Source of the DNA: Candidatus Latescibacterota bacterium
GTDB lineage: Bacteria; Latescibacterota; UBA2968; GCA-2709665
Reading direction: 5' to 3'
Assembly: GCA_965226795.1 (NCBI GenBank)
Contig: CBDDDZ010000005.1
Location: 1,344,001-1,408,000 of the forward strand
Length of the DNA stretch: 64,000 bases
Shown here: piece by piece, positions 39,571 through 52,200 of the stretch
Layout: the number at the start of each line of letters is the position of its first letter
Position numbering within the stretch: position 1 is the stretch's first letter
Translations under genes and position numbers: made by a program
Notes under the pieces: model-generated
Seen by the model: only the letters and a program-made list of their open reading frames with translations
The model's database searches: none
What the model was told of the DNA's origin: nothing

Positions 39571-40539
39571 TCAGGTAATTCCACCATCCGCGACGGATTC
39601 ACGGTGGCAGACAACGGCGCGCCGGGCATTTTCAATATCCGGCGCGTCCTTCTGCCTCCTGTAGTAGGTGTGAACTGCGTATATTTTGTTCACGTCGTCA
39701 CAGGTCCAGACGCGGGCTTCCATATTCAAACGGGGTCTGGCATTCCAGAAAGGTAGAGGCATCAACAACCCCCGCCAGCGGCTCTTGGGTTTTCCGCGAA
39801 CGGTCAGACCAAAGTGTTCCCCGATGCTTGTCTCGTTAGAGTCCAGGCTGACGTGCCGCAGATTCTTGCGGAAGAATTCCTGGTACCAGTCCGACAGGGT
39901 GCGCTTTTTCAGGAGTACTTTGGCGAGGCTGAGCCGGTCGAACTGAAGAATATTCTGGCCGTGTTGAAAACAGAGCCGAAGGTGCCCGGATTTCAGGTCG
40001 TAGGTTTCCAGAGAGAACTGGGGGGGCGATGAACACACGAGATCGTAAAGGGCCCACGTTCGGTCTCCGTCCGGTGCCGTATCCCGAATTGAATTCAGAA
40101 TTCTACTGATATTGTCCCCGGCGTCCTCGTCAAGTTTCGTCCTGATTTTGACGAAAAAAAGCCGGTCTGACGCCGCGCTGTAGAACGCCAACGCGTGGAT
40201 TCGGTCCTCGGCTTGCCAGGCGAAAAAGACTGGCGAACAGGCATCGGGCAGTTCAAGCCAGCCCATGTCGAGAGCGCGTTCCACGTCGAGGCTTTTCTTT
40301 TCCTTGCGGGCGCTTTGGGCGAGTCCATCAACAAAGCGGTCCACAATTGGTGCGACTCGCGTGTCGCCGCGGGCATCCTTCCACTCGATGTCCAGCCTGG
40401 CCAGCGTGGGATCATCCAAGCGGACGCTGCCGGATTTGGAATCGCCGGTAATCTTGCCGGGATTCCACTCCAGAGGCACCTCGAGGGTCAGCCCGTGCCA
40501 TCCGAACAGGGACCAGTCTGAATAAAGTAAAGACTTCAC
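39571..40539 (-). CDS. Hypothetical protein with two similar halves, co-oriented with the PqqD-like gene
   Basis: 322-codon ORF from GTG 40539; FGWHGL.LEVP.EW...G..RL in the N-half parallels WALYDL..S.P..F...G.LRL in the C-half. Confidence 0.75.
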   Translation of the reverse strand: MKSLLYSDWSLFGWHGLTLEVPLEWNPGKITGDSKSGSVRLDDPTLARLDIEWKDARGDTRVAPIVDRFVDGLAQSARKEKKSLDVERALDMGWLELPDACSPVFFAWQAEDRIHALAFYSAASDRLFFVKIRTKLDEDAGDNISRILNSIRDTAPDGDRTWALYDLVCSSPPQFSLETYDLKSGHLRLCFQHGQNILQFDRLSLAKVLLKKRTLSDWYQEFFRKNLRHVSLDSNETSIGEHFGLTVRGKPKSRWRGLLMPLPFWNARPRLNMEARVWTCDDVNKIYAVHTYYRRQKDAPDIENARRAVVCHRESVADGGIT

Positions 40540-40768
40540 GTAACGCCACCCCTTATCAAGAGGTTCGATGCGCCGAATGGATAAATATACGTAACCCGGC
40601 ACACCTGTCAAGCACTTTGTCATTCAACTAAGTATAGGTTTTGCAGGGATTTGCAATAGGTCTTTCTGACAGGATCGCATGGATTTCCAATTCGGCAGTG
40701 GTTTGCTTTAAGTAACGTATCGGACTCGTTTGCGGTGGGGCATTGTGCTGCGCCATACAAAACACGTG

Positions 40769-40797
40769 TTGACAAATGAACTAATGTTCACTATATT
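40769..40797 (+). promoter_or_regulatory. lexA promoter containing an SOS box GAAC-N4-GTTC
   Basis: TTGACA (40769-40774)-17 nt-TATATT (40792-40797), with GAAC-TAAT-GTTC at 40778-40789 in the spacer. Confidence 0.85.
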
Positions 40798-40898
40798 CAA
40801 ATGAGCACGTCCTGTCGTTTGTGGCCTTTTTCGTACCGAACACGACTGGTTCTTTTTTGATTACTGCGGGAGGCTGTTGGTAATTCAGGAGATGCGCG

Positions 40899-41528
40899 AT
40901 GCGTCAGAAACTGACGGACAGACAGAGGGAAATTTACGAATTTATCGCCCGGACAATCCGAGATGGTGGCGCTCCCCCAACAATTCGGGAGACGATGAAC
41001 GCGTTCAACATCGCTTCCACCAACGGCGTGCGAACCACCCTGGCCGCCCTGGAGAAAAAGGGGTATATTCGGCGACGCCCCATGGTGTCCCGGGGAATAG
41101 AGCTTACGGACTATGTGGAGCGCGACATTCCAGGGGTAACCGAGTCGCGAGAGGTACCCGTTATTGGCCGGGTGGCTGCCGGGGAGCCCATCCTGGCAAC
41201 TGAAAACGTTGAGAGCACTGTGGCCGTGGACCGTTCCTTTTTGCCGTCGGAGGACGTTTTCGTTCTCCGTGTCAAGGGTGAGAGCATGCGCGATGCGGGC
41301 ATTCTTGACGGAGACTACGTGCTGGCAAGGCAGCAGGAAACGGCGAGTCCGGGTGAAATCGTTGTGGCGGTGATTGGGGAGGAGGCGACGGTGAAGCGGT
41401 ATTTCCCGGAGGCGGGGCGGGTAAGGCTCACCCCGGAAAACGAAGCGTTCGAAGCCATCGTGGTGCATCCGGGACGGGAAGAGTTCCGCATTGCAGGAAA
41501 AATTGTGGGCTTGATGCGTCGATTCTGA
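40899..41528 (+). CDS. lexA: SOS repressor LexA
   Basis: LTDRQREI, PPTIRE, LEKKGYI, GRVAAGEP cleavage site, GESM (Ser), ATVKR (Lys). Confidence 0.97.
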   Translation: MRQKLTDRQREIYEFIARTIRDGGAPPTIRETMNAFNIASTNGVRTTLAALEKKGYIRRRPMVSRGIELTDYVERDIPGVTESREVPVIGRVAAGEPILATENVESTVAVDRSFLPSEDVFVLRVKGESMRDAGILDGDYVLARQQETASPGEIVVAVIGEEATVKRYFPEAGRVRLTPENEAFEAIVVHPGREEFRIAGKIVGLMRRF

Positions 41529-41556
41529 GGCAATACGCTAAGGTCCGAATATTCCG

Positions 41557-41586
41557 CCCCCTTGATTTTAGAGGGGGATTTTTTTT
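41557..41586 (+). terminator. Intrinsic terminator after lexA
   Basis: CCCCCTT-loop-GAGGGGG followed by a T8 run. Confidence 0.75.
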
Positions 41587-41708
41587 GTGGTTGGGTCGAT
41601 TCCTAGCGCGTGGCGAGTATTGTTCACGGATATCACCGTTTCTCCGGCGGGATGCATCCGGGGAAATCAAACATTCTGGTGTCGTGTGTTGTTTTTTTCC
41701 GCTTTGCC

Positions 41709-42830
41709 TTATCCGGCTTGAACCAGCTTCCGAATAAAGCGTTTGCCAGGCAGCTGCGCCACAAGGCCGGCCAATTCCAGACTTAGTAGTACCGAGAGCG
41801 CGCTGGCGGCTGACATATCGGTACGGTCGGCAATGGCGTCGATGTGGGACGGCAGGTCGGCCGACAGGCTGTCAAAGACTTGACGTTCCGGATTCGAGAG
41901 TTCTGCGGGCGCTGCCGCGGGGTGCTGGTGGGTATATTGTAGCGGGAGTTGCGTCAGATGTGGACGAAGTTCATCCAGAATGTCCTCGACCGATTGTACC
42001 AGAACGGCGCCCTGCTTGATCAGCCGGTTTGTGCCACGGCTCCGGCCCGAATGAACCGGTCCGGGAATGGCGAAGACCTCCCGATTCTGTTCAAGAGCCA
42101 GCCGAGCAGTAATCAGCGCGCCACTGCGGTCACCTGCTTCGATAACCACCACTCCCAGGCTGAGTCCGCTGATGATTCTGTTGCGACGAGGAAAGTTGTG
42201 GGCTTCTGCGGATGCGCCCATCGGGAATTCGGATAGGGTGGCGCCGGTCTCGTTGATGGCGTGGAACAACTCTCTGTTCTGAGGAGGATACGGCCTGTCC
42301 AACCCGCTGCCCAGTACGGCGACGGTGTATCCACGTTCGGCAAGCGCTCCCCGGTGGGCATGGGTATCGATGCCGGTGGCCAGCCCGCTGACCACGGTAA
42401 TGCCGCACCGAACCAGTTCTCCCGAAATCTGATAGGCGATATCTCGCCCGTAGGACGTGAATGTACGGGATCCGACGATCGCGACGGTGGGAAGCGCACA
42501 TGTGTCGATGTTTCCAAGCACATAGAGGATGGGCGGTGGGGCGTAGGTTTGTCGAAGATAACCTGGATAGTCGGGGCTCTGCAGAGTCAACAGGTGAACA
42601 CGTGCGTCCTCGGCGCGTTGCAACTGTTCTTCAGCCCAGGACGGGTCGCGCGCCGTATGGATGGCGCCTGCAAGTTGGGGGCCGATTCCAGGCACGGCGC
42701 ACAGACGTGTGCGGGTTGCCCTTAAGACGGCTCCCGGGCTGCAAAAATGACGTAGCAATTCGGCAAACGCGACAGGTCCCAGTCCGGAGACCGAATGAAG
42801 CGTCAACCAGTCTAGTATATCGTTGGACAT
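41709..42830 (-). CDS. dprA: DNA-processing protein DprA
   Basis: VAIVGSR, VSGLATGID..AH, FPRRNRIISGLS, SGALITA..ALEQNREVFA.PG; C-terminal winged helix. Confidence 0.97.
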   Translation of the reverse strand: MSNDILDWLTLHSVSGLGPVAFAELLRHFCSPGAVLRATRTRLCAVPGIGPQLAGAIHTARDPSWAEEQLQRAEDARVHLLTLQSPDYPGYLRQTYAPPPILYVLGNIDTCALPTVAIVGSRTFTSYGRDIAYQISGELVRCGITVVSGLATGIDTHAHRGALAERGYTVAVLGSGLDRPYPPQNRELFHAINETGATLSEFPMGASAEAHNFPRRNRIISGLSLGVVVIEAGDRSGALITARLALEQNREVFAIPGPVHSGRSRGTNRLIKQGAVLVQSVEDILDELRPHLTQLPLQYTHQHPAAAPAELSNPERQVFDSLSADLPSHIDAIADRTDMSAASALSVLLSLELAGLVAQLPGKRFIRKLVQAG

Positions 42831-43072
42831 CGTATCCGGAAAAGCCCGGCGCTCCGCTATTCACTGGCGGCGGCCGTGTGTGGTGTTTGACAGGTTCAAT
42901 TAACCGGTATGCAAAACAAGTACCAGCAAAAAACCCCGGTATCGCGGAACAGAAGAAGCGGCGGAGTGAAAGGAGCTTTCAGATGCGGTATGGGGTTTGA
43001 AAGGAAATTGCAGGTATGATGGACCGAGGAAGTGCAGCGTTTGCCGGGGCCGGCCTTTTTGTCAGCGTCCGA

Positions 43073-44146
<1,074 letters not shown>

Positions 44147-44405
44147 TCAGGCTGGATCCGGTATTTCCCTCTGAGGAGCCATTAGCCTGCCGGATTCACC
44201 GGCGCCGTCTGGTGTCGACCTGTCGGTGTCAGAGTTGCTGTTGGTATTCCGGATCAGAAGGGTTTTTTAAATTGGAGTTTGACGATCTGCGCTTACAACC
44301 AGGTCTCGCAACGTATTGTGGCCTAACGAGACGCCTCAACCCTAGTTGCAGACATCGCGTCTCGATGCGGCTTCAATGTGAAACTCCGCTTGTAAAATGG
44401 AATTG

Positions 44406-44882
44406 TTACGAGAACTTCTCCTTCAGTCGATTTTCAACCGCAGGTGGCACGAACGCGGTTACATCGCCTCCAAAACGGGCGATTTCTCGAACAAGGGTGG
44501 AGTTGAGATACGCATAGTTCAGGCTGGGCATCAAAAAGAGAACCTCCAATCGGGGTTCCATCTGACGGTTGGCAACCGCCATTGAGATTTCCAACTCATA
44601 TTCGGTTGTGGTGCGCAGACTGCGCACAACGGTGAAGACGCCGCTCTTCCTGGCAAAGTCAACCAGCAATCCGCTGTACTTTGTGACTTCCACATTCGGG
44701 CAATGGGATGAGACTTCTTGAATCATGCATACACGTTCATCCGGCGAAAACAGCGGATCCTTCTCCGGATTCAGGCCCACGGCGACGATCAGCCGACTGC
44801 AGATTTTCGCCGTTCGTTCGATCAGGTCCAGGTGGCCGTACGTCAACGGATCGAAGGTGCCAGGATAGATCGCCACGGTCAT
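44406..44882 (-). CDS. coaD: Pantetheine-phosphate adenylyltransferase
   Basis: YPGTFDPLTYGHLD, STLVREIARFGGDV. Confidence 0.96.
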   Translation of the reverse strand: MTVAIYPGTFDPLTYGHLDLIERTAKICSRLIVAVGLNPEKDPLFSPDERVCMIQEVSSHCPNVEVTKYSGLLVDFARKSGVFTVVRSLRTTTEYELEISMAVANRQMEPRLEVLFLMPSLNYAYLNSTLVREIARFGGDVTAFVPPAVENRLKEKFS

Positions 44883-45835
44883 ATTTGCTCCTTTGCGAGT
44901 CCCTTATATGCCAACCCGCCCGCGACGCTGAACGTAGACTGGCTGACCAGAAAACGCCGCTGTGAATCCGGGAGAGTCTCTGTCGTGCAGTTCGAAAAGG
45001 GTGCGAGGGTTTCGAGTTCGCGTCCCTGGAACATCTCAACGTGCTGCGCAAGGGTAGCAATCTGGTGATCCTCGCCACATAACAGAACCCGCCGAAAGTC
45101 GGATCTGCCTTGGTTGGAGTGGCGGCGTCTATCGAGCCAGCGACGCAGTGTGGCGGTGGTTTTTTCTGCGATCGGGTTTTGGCTTGAGTGCTCGACTGGT
45201 AACCCGTTAACCATGTTCGGGCTTTCAAGGCACACTGCCTCGGCCGAGACCAAATTGCCCGACTCGGCCGCCACAAAATAGAGCCAGGGATGTCCAGCCA
45301 TGATGGCTGCAACCCGGGATCCGGCTTCGTTTTGCGCCAGCAGACAGGCATAGAACAGACCCAGGGGCTCGGCTTCGAGCCGATACTGTCTCACGCGGAG
45401 GGGCGACAGTAATTCCGAACAGAATTCGAAAACCTCCTTGCGGATGGCAATCCAGAATGCTGTACGCCCGGCAGCAACGTAATCGACGACGTACCGGTTG
45501 GCGGGGTCGATCAGGGTCTGCGCTGCCTCCCAGATGACGTGTTCCTGTCGTTCTTCGGATGAAGCCAGTTCCAGCGGAGTCTTTTGTAAGTGGAAGAAAC
45601 CACCTCCCAGAGACAGGACGACCGCTCCCGGCGCGCCCTGTACCTGGGCAAATCCCTGCTGCAGGCCCTCCCTTAGCGATCGCCGAACCCGAGGTTGAAC
45701 AGGCCAACGGGGAAGGATGGGCGAGGTCAGCCGGCATTCGAAAAGGGCACAGAGGCGGTTTTTGGCCGAAGTGCGTTCCATACAGGCCAACCGCAGCATA
45801 TCACCATCGATATGAATCCCGGTCGCCCGCTTCAT
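44879..45835 (-). CDS. Hypothetical protein, divergent PilM/actin-like fold
   Basis: N-terminal TGIHID...LRL, WEA.Q......Y.VDY, LEAEPLGL, VLLCGE and C-terminal VAGGLA match the PilM layout; 4-nt overlaps with both neighbours. Confidence 0.6.
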   Translation of the reverse strand: MKRATGIHIDGDMLRLACMERTSAKNRLCALFECRLTSPILPRWPVQPRVRRSLREGLQQGFAQVQGAPGAVVLSLGGGFFHLQKTPLELASSEERQEHVIWEAAQTLIDPANRYVVDYVAAGRTAFWIAIRKEVFEFCSELLSPLRVRQYRLEAEPLGLFYACLLAQNEAGSRVAAIMAGHPWLYFVAAESGNLVSAEAVCLESPNMVNGLPVEHSSQNPIAEKTTATLRRWLDRRRHSNQGRSDFRRVLLCGEDHQIATLAQHVEMFQGRELETLAPFSNCTTETLPDSQRRFLVSQSTFSVAGGLAYKGLAKEQI

Positions 45836-46218
45836 GGGCCGCTCACCGTTATTTTGGAACCCAGTCTTTCGAGTGTTTTTTGCCCAATCCCCTTTACTCT
45901 GGTCAGTTCATCCACGGACGTGAAAGGGCCTCGGCGATTGCGATCGTCCACAATTCGCCGGGCGATTTTGGGGCCGATGCCGGGCAGACGCATCAGTTGT
46001 CCTGCCGAGGCCCGGTTCAGATCGATGGGACCAGTTTCCTGCTCCACAGTTGCCGATTCCGCCGGATTGTCGGGTACGGGTACCGCGCCTTTTTGGACGT
46101 GAAAGTCCGGGAGGTCGCGGTCGCCATACCGTTCAATCAGATTGACTGCCCCGCCGATCAGCAATGCGGCAGTCAGACCCAGCAGAACAAACCGTTCTTT
46201 GCGATTGAACGAAAACAT
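45832..46218 (-). CDS. comEA: ComEA-family helix-hairpin-helix DNA-binding protein
   Basis: N-terminal membrane anchor; IDLNRAS..QL.RLPGIGP.IA.RIV..R...GPF.SVDEL.RVKGIG. Confidence 0.88.
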   Translation of the reverse strand: MFSFNRKERFVLLGLTAALLIGGAVNLIERYGDRDLPDFHVQKGAVPVPDNPAESATVEQETGPIDLNRASAGQLMRLPGIGPKIARRIVDDRNRRGPFTSVDELTRVKGIGQKTLERLGSKITVSGP

Positions 46219-46275
46219 ACGAACTCCGATTTTCATCATGGGACGCGGTCGAGAACGATCGGCGGAACCGTGATA

Positions 46276-49200
46276 TCAGTTAAAGCGAATTTCTCCCCAT
46301 ACTCTGAATTCCCAGACCCTGTTGTTAAGGTCGCGGAGCTTGTCCTTCCGATTTTCGTGCCGGAATCGGGTACCGCCCGTGAATTTGCTGCTGAACTGGT
46401 ATTGACCCGCCAGACTGGTGTGCCAGCGATCAACGCTCTGGCGGACAACGGCCTGATCGGTTTCTGTGGCTTCCGTGCTTCGGGGGATTTCCTTTTTCAG
46501 GCTGGTGTTTGTGCCGTACTCGAGGGTGAGGTCCAGGTTGCTCTGCAATTTTGTAAAGAATTTCGAACTCAGCGAATATCTGAGAGAAGCCGTAAATTGA
46601 GACTGTTCGGTAATAGTCGTTCCGATCAGCCGCTCCTCCAGAGTCGGCTGTGTGACAGTGCTGTCGGTGGCCACATTGCGCTGGTAACGGAGGTCGTTCT
46701 GTCGGCTGCGGTTTGTACTGAAATTCGTTGTCATTTGGTTCTTCCATCGGGCCTGCCACCTGATCAGCGGCTGGAACTCCGTTCTCCGCGTATCGTTTGT
46801 CAGGACGTTATCTTCCAGGCCGCCGTCGCCCCGAAAGATTCGATTTGACTTGTAATTGAAGGTGAGATTAGAACTCGTAAAAATCCACCTGAAGACAGGT
46901 AGCTCCCCAAGGCCCCGCCATGTCGCGGACAAATTGGGGAACACCAGTTTCTGTTCTTCCGTATTGGCGTTGCCAAAACTTCTGGTGTGATTAAACGTCA
47001 AATTGGTAGAGCCTCGAAAGCCGGCAGGCAGGCGGACACCGCCTTTGATTTCGGCATTGTCGGAGATGTTCCTGGTATTCACGCGTGTAACGCCTCCAGA
47101 TCCGTAACGAGGCGACATCGTCGTGTCGGTGAGGCCAAGTTGAAATTTAAACGCAGGTCGACGTCTCAGGCCAAAAAGATTAAACGCGCGATTACGAAAG
47201 GCGTTGACCTGTGCGGCGTCAAGCGCTCCGCCCAGCCTGCCAATGAGACGGATTACCGAAAATCCGGCCTGCTCTTTCGATGGACTTGCCAGAGGGCGAA
47301 AGAGACCTGGCAGGTTCAGGCTGAATCGAGCGCCGACGCGGCTGTTGTTGCCCACGGTGAGACCCCTGCGTTCGTTGCCTATGGAAGTCCGCTGGCCCCC
47401 GGTTTCAAGCCGCTCACGATAGCGAGAGGAGTAGTCGGTGTTAATGTTCAGCCATTTGGAAACGCGGGGTGTGAAGTTGAAGCCTACTTCCTGACTTCGC
47501 GTGGTTTCGCGGCCGAACTGTAGCCTGGCGAAATCGAATGAACTCCGGAGATCACGGTTCGCCGCGAGTGAATAGTTGGCGTTCAGGCTTCGAAAGGGAG
47601 TCAGTTTTACGACGAAACTCTCGTTGAGGCGAAAGGTTTCGTTCAATACAGCGATGACGTCCGATGTGTCGCCTTCAACGGCGGAAAAGGAGCGCCTGTT
47701 AATGCTCTTGCGATCAAAACGCAGGTTGTAGCGAAGGGTTGACGGAAGGTAGAAGAATTGGACTTCCTGAAAAAGGGAACCCGCACGCGGAATCCAATTG
47801 AGGATTTTTAATCCCTTTTGTTTGGGCCAGCTGACGTCATAGCTGAAGCTGCCGTTGAAGTTCTGCTCGTTGTTGGACCGGCGCCGCGTGATGGCGCCGC
47901 TGACCGAGTTGTTGGTCAGGAAATTCAGCGACGCGTTGATCCGGTCGAAAAAGAGCCGGGCGATCCAGCGAGAGTCTTTCGTCGCCCGACGTTTTCGCAG
48001 GGAAACATTGAACCGGGACGAGGCGCGGTTCGCTTTCTCTCTGGATTTCTGCTGATCGGTCAGGACGATGTCAGAACCCTGTCGAATACGGGGCACGGTC
48101 CCGTTGCGGAGGTAATTGAACCGCACCGGAACGACGGTGTTCCACCGATCGGGCAGGAATTTATTCAGATTGAACGAACCACCCAGGCTGACCTGGGTCG
48201 TTGAATTGCCCGTAGAGCGTCCCTGAAGATCCTGGAAGTCGCCGCTCCGGCGTTCCAGGTTCAGGCTCATGTTGCCCAGATCGGCAAGTGTGGTCTGGAC
48301 GTTCAATAACATGGATACGGCGTTTTTCTTTCGGATTCGATCGACACGAAGTTCATCCAGCCAGATTTCGTTTTCCCCCTCCAGAGGAAATTCTCCCATG
48401 TTTCTTACGCCGATCACAAACGACTTGATTTTTGAAAGCGCGGGGTTTCCCCGCACGGTATACGTAGCGCCATCCAGGTCTGCGCGTATCTGATTGGCTT
48501 GGCTGTCAAAATCGGCTATGATCTCTTCTGTTGGAAGGGAAAGCCGCAGCGTGTCGGACGCCTGGCCGATGGCCTTCAGGTCCGTAAGTTTTCCTTTGAT
48601 CTGCGACAGGACATCGAGTTCGATTTTAAAGGTATTTGTTTCTGGAGACCAGCCCCGATAGATGGGCTTCCTGTACTCGTAGAAGTTGAGCGTATCTTCA
48701 CTGATGGGTGAGAATCTTACGAAGAGTTCAATCGGACTGAAGTTACCGGCTGTAGAATCGGGCCCGGCGGGAAAGTTGGCCTCGTAAGTGGGTTGAGTGG
48801 GATTGCCGCCGTGAACGAACATGGTCATCAGACCGTATCGCGTGTAATTTTGCCCCTCCGTAAGAGTTCGCGAAGCCGACACGCTCTCGCCCGGAGAAAG
48901 GTCTTCAAATCGGAGAACGAGTGACCGTTCAAGGTGTTGTCTTCCCGTTTGCGGGTCGGTCTCCCGTTCGATGCCCGGCGGAAGTTCATATACCTGGTTG
49001 TCAGTACCGATTGTAGCCACTCTGAATTCCCCCGATTGCTGTCCTTCGGGGGGTTCTTCTTCGAGCCAGTCGCTTCCTACTGCGGCAAACGTGTAAATGT
49101 CGAGGGACGTCGTATCGTCGTGTTCGATCCAGATTCGTGCAAAATCAAATACGCCGGCGAAGGTCGTGTCAGGATTGCCCTCGACGGTGCGTGGGGCATT

Positions 49201-52200
49201 GTTGCCACGCAACGGGATGCGCAACAGTCTCCAGGGGCGGTCTGAAGGATCCGACCGGCTGCCCACAACGAGCGCGGAAGCTCCATCGTACTCGCCTGTG
49301 AACGCATTCCAGCCCCGGTCGGATGCCAGGTCGACGCTATAGCGCAGGTAATGGTTCCGGTTGTCCAGGATTCCGTTCTGGTTCAGGTCTTCGGAATCCG
49401 GTCTTTGTTCCCGTTCGGGATTGTTATTCTGGGTGCCATTCACGCCCGACGGATACCGGAAACGAAGGTTCTCCTGGTTGAGATCCACGTCCTTGAAATT
49501 GTCATCCGACGGGTCGTCGGGGACGGTGACACCGGGGTATATCAGGCGGAAGACGGAATCTTCCTGGGCGTCGGTCAGGCCGTCCAGGCCGATGTCTTCT
49601 TCCGGTATGGCCACATCATCGCCCGTAGGAAAGCCGGGCAGGGGGCGGTCTTCGGTGCGAAATTGCCCGGGCGGCGGCGGATTAAACGTTGCGTGGTCGA
49701 GTACCAGACTGGCTCGCTCGGAGATTTCACCGAGATCGATATGGAGCCGGCCCGAATTTCCCCTGATCCACAGCTCTATAAACTTGGATCGTGAGAAGTC
49801 CATGCCAAACAGGCAACTCGTAAGACCCGCCCAGGAGTTTTGCGGGAGGCCGCCGGCGGTGTTCCGCGAGGTCTCAGGAAAGCCGTTGGTGCGTTTCGGT
49901 TCGAATCGGATACTGAGAACATCGTCGACGATGCTGCTTTCCACGGGAATATCGTCTCGCCCCGGCTGTATGTCGTAGACGGAAATGCGGTCGCGGTCCA
50001 CCAGATTGTACCAGGTAAGGCGTCCCCTTGGCATCGAGAGTTGGAGGCCGTTCCGGGTCGGGGAGCTGCCGGTGGACCAGACGAATTTAAACGTGGAAAA
50101 CGACTTTCTGCTTTCGGCGCCTTCAAAATCGTCAATGTAAGCTACATTTTTCGTATTCGGGTTGGGCAGGCTCTGCGCGATTTCCATGTCGACGTTGAAT
50201 GCCGATGGCGCCTGAGTGGAGATAAACGGCAACTTGTTGGCGAAGTCGGTGAAGATCTGTGGCTTGAAGCGGAACCTGCCGTTCATATCCCAGATCAGGG
50301 AACGGGCCGGCTCTTCGCCCACGCGAACCCGTTGGTTGGTGGCGCTTTCGCTGCCGTAGAGCAGGCTCACTCCCACCATCGAAACGTTGTCCTTGAACGG
50401 GTGTTCCGCCCGGATGCCAATAAGGCTTTTTTGCCCGCCTCCGAAACCGAACTGGCTCTTGGATCCGTAATTGATTACCAGGTTGGCGGAAGGGTCGGCC
50501 GCAAGGTCTGCTGCCTCACCGACCAACTCTATTGAGCCGAATTGATAATCGATGTTGTAGTCTCGCCCACGTGTTAGCCGACGGTTGTTCAGCAGGACCT
50601 CCTCGCTGTTTTCAATCAGTCCAAAACCCAGATTGAATTTGGTGGCCCTGCTCTTCGATCGGATGCGCAGGAAATATTGACCTTTTTGGGCGCGTGTGGT
50701 GTTATTCGTGGTGTTGTAGATTTCGGGCACCCGGGCGTCGTCGGACAGCGCCTCTGCGCCCACACCGCGTTCACCAAATGGCTCCAGGTCGAGAAAAACC
50801 AGGTGGCCGGTGCGTAAATTGAGTCCCGGCAGGTTCGTGCCGCCGTCGATATCGATGAGGTTGTCCGGAGGAGAAGATTCCGAGGAGCCGTTGGTGTGTT
50901 TGTCCAGGGCGAAGATCTGGAGGTACGGGGTTCCACGCTGGTTGTCGACCGCCTCCTGACCGGGCACATCCCTGAGGATCTCCAATTCAAAGCCCTCCGG
51001 CTCGATGTCGCGGCTTCCCAGGTAATACACGTTTCGCCACGCCAGATCCCACGTTGGAAATTCCGGCCGTTGCTGTCGGGCGTGAATGAGTTTCAATCTG
51101 ATCCTGGCATCCGGATTTGAGGGATCCTGGATAAAATTCAGGTCGCCGAAAACCCGTCCGTCCGCCGTCCGGTATGCGACTGCAAGGGACTGACCACGGG
51201 GGACTGGTCCGCGGGTCAAAATTAGATATCCCCTGGCGTCGACCAGAAACTCGGAGCGGTCCATTTCGTGAAAAAACCCCTCTTCGATGCCGCCGCTCTG
51301 CGCGCCATTGTCGCTGGCATCGGGCTCTGGAACGGGTCCGGCGGTCCAGAAGGCAAAGGCGACCCCGCGTCCGGCGCGCTCCTCGATGTCGTTGCGATCG
51401 TTGAAGTCGTTCCGGAAAACTCGGACGGAGCCGATGTCCACGAGGTCCGGTCGGGTGGGTTCATCCGGAAAACTCTGTCGATACACGTGGTCGAGAAAAA
51501 AGTAGAGATTTTCTTCGTAGTCATAGTCTCGTATTCTATGTGCTATTTCCTCTGCCTGTCCCTGGAAGGATTTCCGGTTGCTGGCGCCCCTATCGTGGCT
51601 GGTGACCACCGTCACGTCCAATCCGCCCAGACGTCCGCGGCCCTTGATCCCGAACAGACCGCTTCGGTTGGATGAACTGAAGCCAACCAGACGGGTGCCG
51701 GGCAGGCTGAGGGAGGTCCTGCCGGCTTCAATCTCTTGTATAATGTCGTCTTCGTCTCCGTCGTAACGAAACTGAAGCGATTCGCTGATATCGGTCTGAC
51801 CGCGGCTGTCCTGTTGGAGGTTCAGCGTTATCCGGTCACCGATGGTGCCCTGCACGTTTAATTGGGATTCCTGCTCGAAATTGACGGTAAAGCCATCGGC
51901 TGCGCGTGCGCGAACGGTCTGAGCCTGTCCGCCAACGGTGGTATTCACGCCGGACAGATCGATGCGCCGGGATCCGGTAATTTTGATATTGGTGTCGCCT
52001 TCGCCGGTGATTACACTGAGCGCTTTGGGTACTTTGACAGGTATTTTGATATCCACCAGAGCGCTGCCCGTGCCCCGACGTTCCTTCGCCGGGAGGCTGA
52101 GCTTTTCTGTGGCCACGCCGTTAAAATCCGCATCGAATTTGTACGCGGACAGGCCCTTTAATGTAATCACCGCCGGTATGCCATGGACAACGTCTCCGGT

